Part shown: one piece after another, positions 59,559-64,000 of the stretch
How the letters are laid out: each line of letters opens with the position of its first letter
How positions within the stretch are numbered: position 1 is the stretch's first letter
Source: Candidatus Kaiserbacteria bacterium RIFCSPHIGHO2_01_FULL_53_29
GTDB lineage: Bacteria > Patescibacteriota > Minisyncoccia > Phycocordibacterales > UBA2100
Assembly (NCBI GenBank): GCA_001781125.1
Contig: MFKT01000009.1
Location: forward strand, 10,712-74,711
Reading direction: 5' to 3'
DNA length: 64,000 bases
Notes under the pieces: model-generated
Database searches by the model: none
What the model was told of the DNA's origin: nothing
The model's input: only the letters and a program-made list of their open reading frames with translations
Position numbers and translations under genes: made by a program

Positions 59559-60563
59559 TTAAAGTCTCTTGGCGACTTCGGCCACATGTTCGATGAGCGT
59601 GTGCACATACCCCATCTCGTTGTCGTACCATGCGAGCACTTTCACGAGCGTGCCGTCGACGACACGTGTCATGCCGAGATCCGCGATCGCGCCATAGGGT
59701 AATCCCAGAATGTCGGAAGAGACAAGCGGCTCTTCGGTAACCGCAAAGACACGCTTCCACTTGTCGGTCACTGCCGCTTTTTTGAGAGCCTCGTTTACCT
59801 CTTCGACGGTGGTCGCACGCTTAGGTACAAATGTGATGTCAACAAGGGAACCGGAAGGTACGGGCACGCGTACGGAGATACCATCGAATTTTCCTTTGAG
59901 CTGCGGGTATGCGAGAGCAGTCGCTTTTGCTGCGCCGGTAGATGTGGGCACCATGTTTTGTGCGGCAGCACGGCTCTCGCGCATATCTTTTGCTTTGCCT
60001 CCGTCCACGAGGCTCTGGCTTGCGGTATAGGCATGCGTGGTATTAAGGATTGCGCGCTCGATACCGATCGCCTCATCGAGTATGCCGATTATCGGGTTCG
60101 CGGCATTGGTTGTACAAGAAGCGTTCGAGGTGATGTCACAGGTCCCGAATTTTTCTTCGTTGGCACCAATGAGTATCGTCTCGACGCCATCTCCTTTGCC
60201 CGGTGCCGTAATGACGACGCGTTTAGCGCCTGCAGTGATGTGGCCTCTCGCTTTCTCAGCGTCGGTGAAAAGCCCAGTTGATTCGATGACGATATCAATC
60301 TGCATCTCGCGCCATGGCGAGGCTGAAGGATCTTTAGTGGCGACAACAGGGATCTCTTTGCCGTCTATCACGAGCACACTCCCTTTTGCCTCCAAAGAGA
60401 ATTTCGCGCGGCCGTACACAGTGTCGTATTTCAAAAGGTATGCGAGATTCTCGGCGGGAGCCAGATCATTGATCGCGACGATCTCAAAGTCCGCTCTCCC
60501 ATGCGCCGCGCGGAAGAATCCCCTGCCTATCCTTCCGAAACCATTAACTGCTACTCGTACCAT
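59559..60563 (-). CDS. gap: glyceraldehyde-3-phosphate dehydrogenase
   Basis: NGFGRIGR Rossmann fold. ASCTTN active site. Confidence 0.9.
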   Translation of the reverse strand: MVRVAVNGFGRIGRGFFRAAHGRADFEIVAINDLAPAENLAYLLKYDTVYGRAKFSLEAKGSVLVIDGKEIPVVATKDPSASPWREMQIDIVIESTGLFTDAEKARGHITAGAKRVVITAPGKGDGVETILIGANEEKFGTCDITSNASCTTNAANPIIGILDEAIGIERAILNTTHAYTASQSLVDGGKAKDMRESRAAAQNMVPTSTGAAKATALAYPQLKGKFDGISVRVPVPSGSLVDITFVPKRATTVEEVNEALKKAAVTDKWKRVFAVTEEPLVSSDILGLPYGAIADLGMTRVVDGTLVKVLAWYDNEMGYVHTLIEHVAEVAKRL

Positions 60564-60611
60564 TGCGCGATTCTATCACTCCCTCCGATGAATACCTGCT
60601 GTGTACAACTC

Positions 60612-60638
60612 ATATCTGGATTTCGTAAATCCAGATAT
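60612..60638 (+). repeat. perfect 12-bp-stem hairpin ATATCTGGATTT-cgt-AAATCCAGATAT upstream of RayT-2
   Basis: An inverted copy (TCTGGATTT-acg-AAATCCAGA) occurs inside the CDS at 60800-60820. Confidence 0.7.
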
Positions 60639-60647
60639 ACTGCTGTC

Positions 60648-61316
60648 ATGGAACTCTATCACGCGCTCAATAGAGGTGTTGAGAAACGCAACCTATTTCA
60701 AAACGACTCGGATCGGATCAGATTCGTGCACGACATGTATGAATTCAACGATACAAAACCGGCAGGAAGTGTATATCATTCGTTCCGGCGAGGCGATATT
60801 CTGGATTTACGAAATCCAGATATTCGAGTTCGAGAACGAATTGTCGATATCCATGGATGGTGCATCATGGGCAACCACTATCACTTACTTCTCTCGGAGA
60901 TACAGGAAGGGGGCTTACGTCTATTCCTCCGCAAACTTAATGTGGGGTATGCGAATTATTTCAATGAAAAATACAAGAGAGTCGGGACGCTTTTTCAGGG
61001 ACGAACGAAGAGGATTCGAATAGATTCCGATGCTTATTTCCTGCACATACTCCACTATATTCATCTCAATCCTCTCGACTTCTTGAAAAGCGCGGAACAT
61101 TGGCGCACGCTTGAAGTCAAGAACGCAAAACAGGCATTGGGGCACCTTGAGAAATACCGCTGGAGCAGCTATTTGGATTATTGCGGAAAGAAAAATTTCC
61201 CGTCGGTTATTACAAAAGAGTTGTTCGGAGACGTATTTAAGAATTACGAGCGAACTATTCGCTCATACATGGAGGATATTGAGCTTGCGACCGTAAAGCC
61301 GTTGTTGCTAGAGTAA
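60648..61316 (+). CDS. second RayT/IS200-like Y1 tyrosine transposase paralog
   Basis: YHALNRG, MGNHYHLLL (HxH), GYANYFNEKYKRVGTLFQG (catalytic Tyr), YIHLNPL, RWSSY. AT-rich. ORF opens at 60501. Confidence 0.7.
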   Translation: MELYHALNRGVEKRNLFQNDSDRIRFVHDMYEFNDTKPAGSVYHSFRRGDILDLRNPDIRVRERIVDIHGWCIMGNHYHLLLSEIQEGGLRLFLRKLNVGYANYFNEKYKRVGTLFQGRTKRIRIDSDAYFLHILHYIHLNPLDFLKSAEHWRTLEVKNAKQALGHLEKYRWSSYLDYCGKKNFPSVITKELFGDVFKNYERTIRSYMEDIELATVKPLLLE

Positions 61317-61330
61317 CCGACCACCGGATC

Positions 61331-61357
61331 CATGGTCGACCTACGAGGTCGACCATG
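61331..61357. repeat. strong hairpin CCATGGTCGACC-tacg-AGGTCGACCATG between convergent genes (REP-like/terminator)
   Basis: 12-bp perfect stem immediately downstream of RayT-2. Confidence 0.6.
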
Positions 61358-61389
61358 AAAGTTATCCCGACATCTGCTTTCTCTCCTTT

Positions 61390-61686
61390 CTAATATGATC
61401 TTGCCTTGATGCCGAGGCGCTTTTCGATAATGGCGATGCGCTCCAGTGCATGATCAATCTCCTTGCTGTGACCCGCGTGATCCGCGACGATCTCTTCGAG
61501 ATCTTTCAGTCGTCGTTTTATATCAGCGAGTTCGGTCATGATACCCGCAATGTCGTTCTTCGTTGCCATTTCCTTTCTGATTGCCGCGATATCATCCTTC
61601 GCGGCCATGTGCTTGCGAATATCATCGCTCTCGCTCTTTATGAGACGCCCGAGCTTGTCGAATCCTGATTCTCTCTTCTTGGCCAT
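61390..61686 (-). CDS. hypothetical coiled-coil protein (98 aa)
   Basis: Helical heptad-like repeats (DIAAIRKEMATKNDIAGIMTELADIKRRLKDLEE). Confidence 0.4.
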   Translation of the reverse strand: MAKKRESGFDKLGRLIKSESDDIRKHMAAKDDIAAIRKEMATKNDIAGIMTELADIKRRLKDLEEIVADHAGHSKEIDHALERIAIIEKRLGIKARSY

Positions 61687-61698
61687 AATAAGACTATA

Positions 61699-64000
61699 TC
61701 ACGGCGTTGGAGTTTCGGCAGGGGGAGGCTCGGGTGTCGGCTCCGGAGCGGGCGGAGGCGTCGGTTCAGGTTCTGGCTGTGGCTCGCCGGAGCCTTCGGC
61801 GGACTGTGTCTCGCCAGAGGCGGACTCCGTCCCGCCGACGGCGGAGGCGGCTGATGGTTCAGGTTCAGGAGCGGGTTCATCTGCAGGTGCTTCTTCCGCG
61901 GGCGGACTCTCCGCAGGAGGTTCTTCTGCGAGGGAGTCCTCGGGAGTGTCCGCTGGCGGATTCTCGGCGGGTGGGGATTCTTCTGGCGCATCTTCCGCCG
62001 GAGGCGTCTCCTCCGAAGGAGGTGACGCCTCAGGAGTTGGCGACGGAGTTGGTTCTGGAGCTGGTGCCGGAGATGCAGAGCCCCCACCGCCGGAGCTTCC
62101 GGAGGAAGCTCCGGCGGCTCCCGCAACTTGCCCTTGCAAAAGCGATTTGAGCTGCTCTTCGTCGACGCATGTCTCCCCGATGCAGAGCTTGTCGGTAGTG
62201 ACCTCGCGCGCGAAGACCTTGTCGAAGATGCCGGTTACCGCGTAGATGGCTGTCTTGTACACTTCGACCACCATGTCGCCGATCGATTGCATGGCACTCT
62301 TCAGTCCATTCGAGGCATCGGCGAATGCCGCGTACCATGGCGTCTTACCCGCAAACTCTTCGCGTGGCGTCGAGGTTGCTGACATTATCTCCATCGCGCT
62401 CGTCGTCGCCACAAGGTCCTCAAACTTCGCGTCGAGCTCTTGCACCGCTCCGGCAAGCACGGCCGTCATGTTCTCATACTGGACGCTGCGTGGTGTCACG
62501 CCGTCGCTCTCGAAGCTGACAAGCCGCGGGTCGAGCTGACTAACCTCTTCAGCAATGAACCCGAGGTGCGTCGTCTGGTCATCCGTGAAGTCGGCATTGT
62601 ACACAAACGACACCGGGCGCAGTTGTTTGACCAACGCGAGGTTCTCGGCCGATGAAAGCGAGGTGATGCTGTTTTTGTAGCGTTGCGAGGAGACGGTGCA
62701 CGCTCCGGAAACGTAGGTGATGTTTCCGGTAGACGTCGTGTGGCACACGGTCGTGTTGCCTCCGCTGTTGCCTAATACCGCGAAGAGGTCGGCCGGGCTC
62801 GCGTCAAGGTCCGACCAGTTGATGTAGGTGTTGCCTCCGTCGCCCGCGTTGATGACGATGTTGCCGCTACTATCCGAGCGTATACTGCCTTTTATCGCGT
62901 TGCTATGCGAGAACGCAATATTCGTCTGGCCGCCGGTGTTATCCAGAGTCAGATGCGCGTTGCTTACCGTCGCGACGGCAGTAGCGTTTGATTTTGACAG
63001 CGTCAGAAGTCCCGTCGGCGTCGTCGTCCCGATGCCGACGTTGCCGTCTTTATTGATCCGCATCGTCTCTGCGTGCGAGGTTCCCTGATGATGAGTCTCA
63101 AAGGCGATTTCCTGAGACGTACCCCCAGCATCTGAAATAGCGTCAAAAAGGATGGCGGCTCCCCCCGTGACACCAAGGTTGTAGGTAGTACCTGCTGTGA
63201 GGAACGAGATGCGCCGGTCGGTGGTATCTGTGCTGTCAAGTCTGATACCGCCCGTTATAGTCAGCTTTTCACCCATGCTCGTCGCCCCAATGCCGACGTT
63301 GCCGGAGGATGTTATGACAATGCCGGTGGCGTTTGCCCCGATCGCAGCATCGCTGTTGGTGTTGGTGATATAGAAGTTGCTGTCAGCCGAATTAATACCT
63401 ACCTTATACTCGACCGTATTCGGGTCGTGGAAGCGGATGCCCACGTCAGCATTGTCTTTGTAGAGTTCAAGCAGTTCACTCGGACTCGTCGCCCCGATGC
63501 CGACGTTGCCGTTGCCTGCCACCGTAAAGAGGTCAACGCTACCGACATCCACATTCAAAATTTTATTCGTTGAAGCGCCCCCTTCACCGCGGATTAGCAG
63601 GCCGTGCGCGGTCGCCGCCGTTGAACGATTATGAATTACTTGAGTGTAGCCCGTTGCATTTGTCTCCCATACAAGGCCGTTCGTCCCTGCGGGGGTGCCA
63701 GCCTGATCACCGGGATTATTTGGGGTATTGGCAAGGAGATTGATCGGACTCGTCGTCCCGATGCCGACGTTGCCGTTACCCGTTACCGTGAGAGTCGGGG
63801 TTGAGTTAAGCGTACCGGCGTCCATGGTGTAGAAACGCAAGTCTGTGTCCGAACTGCCGGGTAGATAAGACTGGATACGGGCCAGGCCTTCCCCGTTCCC
63901 GTGTGCAAAGTCGATAGCGTTGGTGTCGGCAACCGAAAACGAGGTATTGGTAAGGATAATTTTCTGCTCACCGGAACCGGAAATGCTTAGCTTACTTTGC
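61699..64000 (-). CDS. tail-fibre-like repeat protein with Peptidase_S74 intramolecular-chaperone domain and Pro/Glu-rich C-terminal tail; N-terminus beyond window
   Basis: GNGNVGIG(T/A)TSP repeats. S74-like block LRPVSFVYNADFTDDQTTHLGFIAEEVSQLDPRLV. The ORF stays open upstream of the annotated TTG, through position 64000. Confidence 0.65.
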   Translation of the reverse strand, partial: QSKLSISGSGEQKIILTNTSFSVADTNAIDFAHGNGEGLARIQSYLPGSSDTDLRFYTMDAGTLNSTPTLTVTGNGNVGIGTTSPINLLANTPNNPGDQAGTPAGTNGLVWETNATGYTQVIHNRSTAATAHGLLIRGEGGASTNKILNVDVGSVDLFTVAGNGNVGIGATSPSELLELYKDNADVGIRFHDPNTVEYKVGINSADSNFYITNTNSDAAIGANATGIVITSSGNVGIGATSMGEKLTITGGIRLDSTDTTDRRISFLTAGTTYNLGVTGGAAILFDAISDAGGTSQEIAFETHHQGTSHAETMRINKDGNVGIGTTTPTGLLTLSKSNATAVATVSNAHLTLDNTGGQTNIAFSHSNAIKGSIRSDSSGNIVINAGDGGNTYINWSDLDASPADLFAVLGNSGGNTTVCHTTSTGNITYVSGACTVSSQRYKNSITSLSSAENLALVKQLRPVSFVYNADFTDDQTTHLGFIAEEVSQLDPRLVSFESDGVTPRSVQYENMTAVLAGAVQELDAKFEDLVATTSAMEIMSATSTPREEFAGKTPWYAAFADASNGLKSAMQSIGDMVVEVYKTAIYAVTGIFDKVFAREVTTDKLCIGETCVDEEQLKSLLQGQVAGAAGASSGSSGGGGSASPAPAPEPTPSPTPEASPPSEETPPAEDAPEESPPAENPPADTPEDSLAEEPPAESPPAEEAPADEPAPEPEPSAASAVGGTESASGETQSAEGSGEPQPEPEPTPPPAPEPTPEPPPAETPTP

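Overview
GC-rich bacterial chromosomal segment, read from sequence alone. Most genes are on the minus strand. The overall gene repertoire is consistent with a small-genome, possibly Patescibacteria/CPR-like organism. Observations supporting this: a split transketolase, a short ThrRS, a monomeric PheRS, RayT-type transposases, a sortase, a pilin, and many leaderless-looking starts. Core information-processing genes present: dnaG-rpoD, rpoC-rpoB, trmD-khpA-rpsP, smc, rnc, a NusB-NUDIX fusion, rpmF, rnhB, dnaE, thrS, gyrB, pheS, tRNA-Thr, tsf-rpsB, prfA, rpmE, rplY, and a pentose-phosphate cluster (split tkt, rpe, rpiB, gap, a PfkB kinase). Accessory material is interleaved with these. (1) 1.26-5.25 kb: an island of about ten small single-gene modules (DUF167, ArsR, small membrane proteins, a HEPN-like protein in an AT-rich patch), each headed by a near-identical promoter-like repeat TTTGGACAAAC-N-GGGGGTATAG(G/C)ATTC. 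(2) Two different RayT/IS200-like tyrosine-transposase elements, each flanked by its own hairpins. (3) 33-42 kb: a surface/secretion region containing a tandem-repeat poly-Q surface protein, small secreted Cys proteins sharing a C-terminal CFxLPxGxxRCPN motif, an IS481-family transposase, a ParDE-like TA cassette bracketed by direct repeats, a roughly 40-repeat hexapeptide beta-helix-like secreted protein next to a sortase, and a PaaX-like regulator bracketed by palindromic repeats. (4) A recurring 19-nt long-range inverted-repeat leader element with a leaderless uORF, located upstream of both the PfkB kinase and rpiB; it may be a cis-regulatory RNA. (5) A tail-fibre-like protein with an S74 intramolecular-chaperone domain running off the window end. 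No rRNA or CRISPR array was seen.
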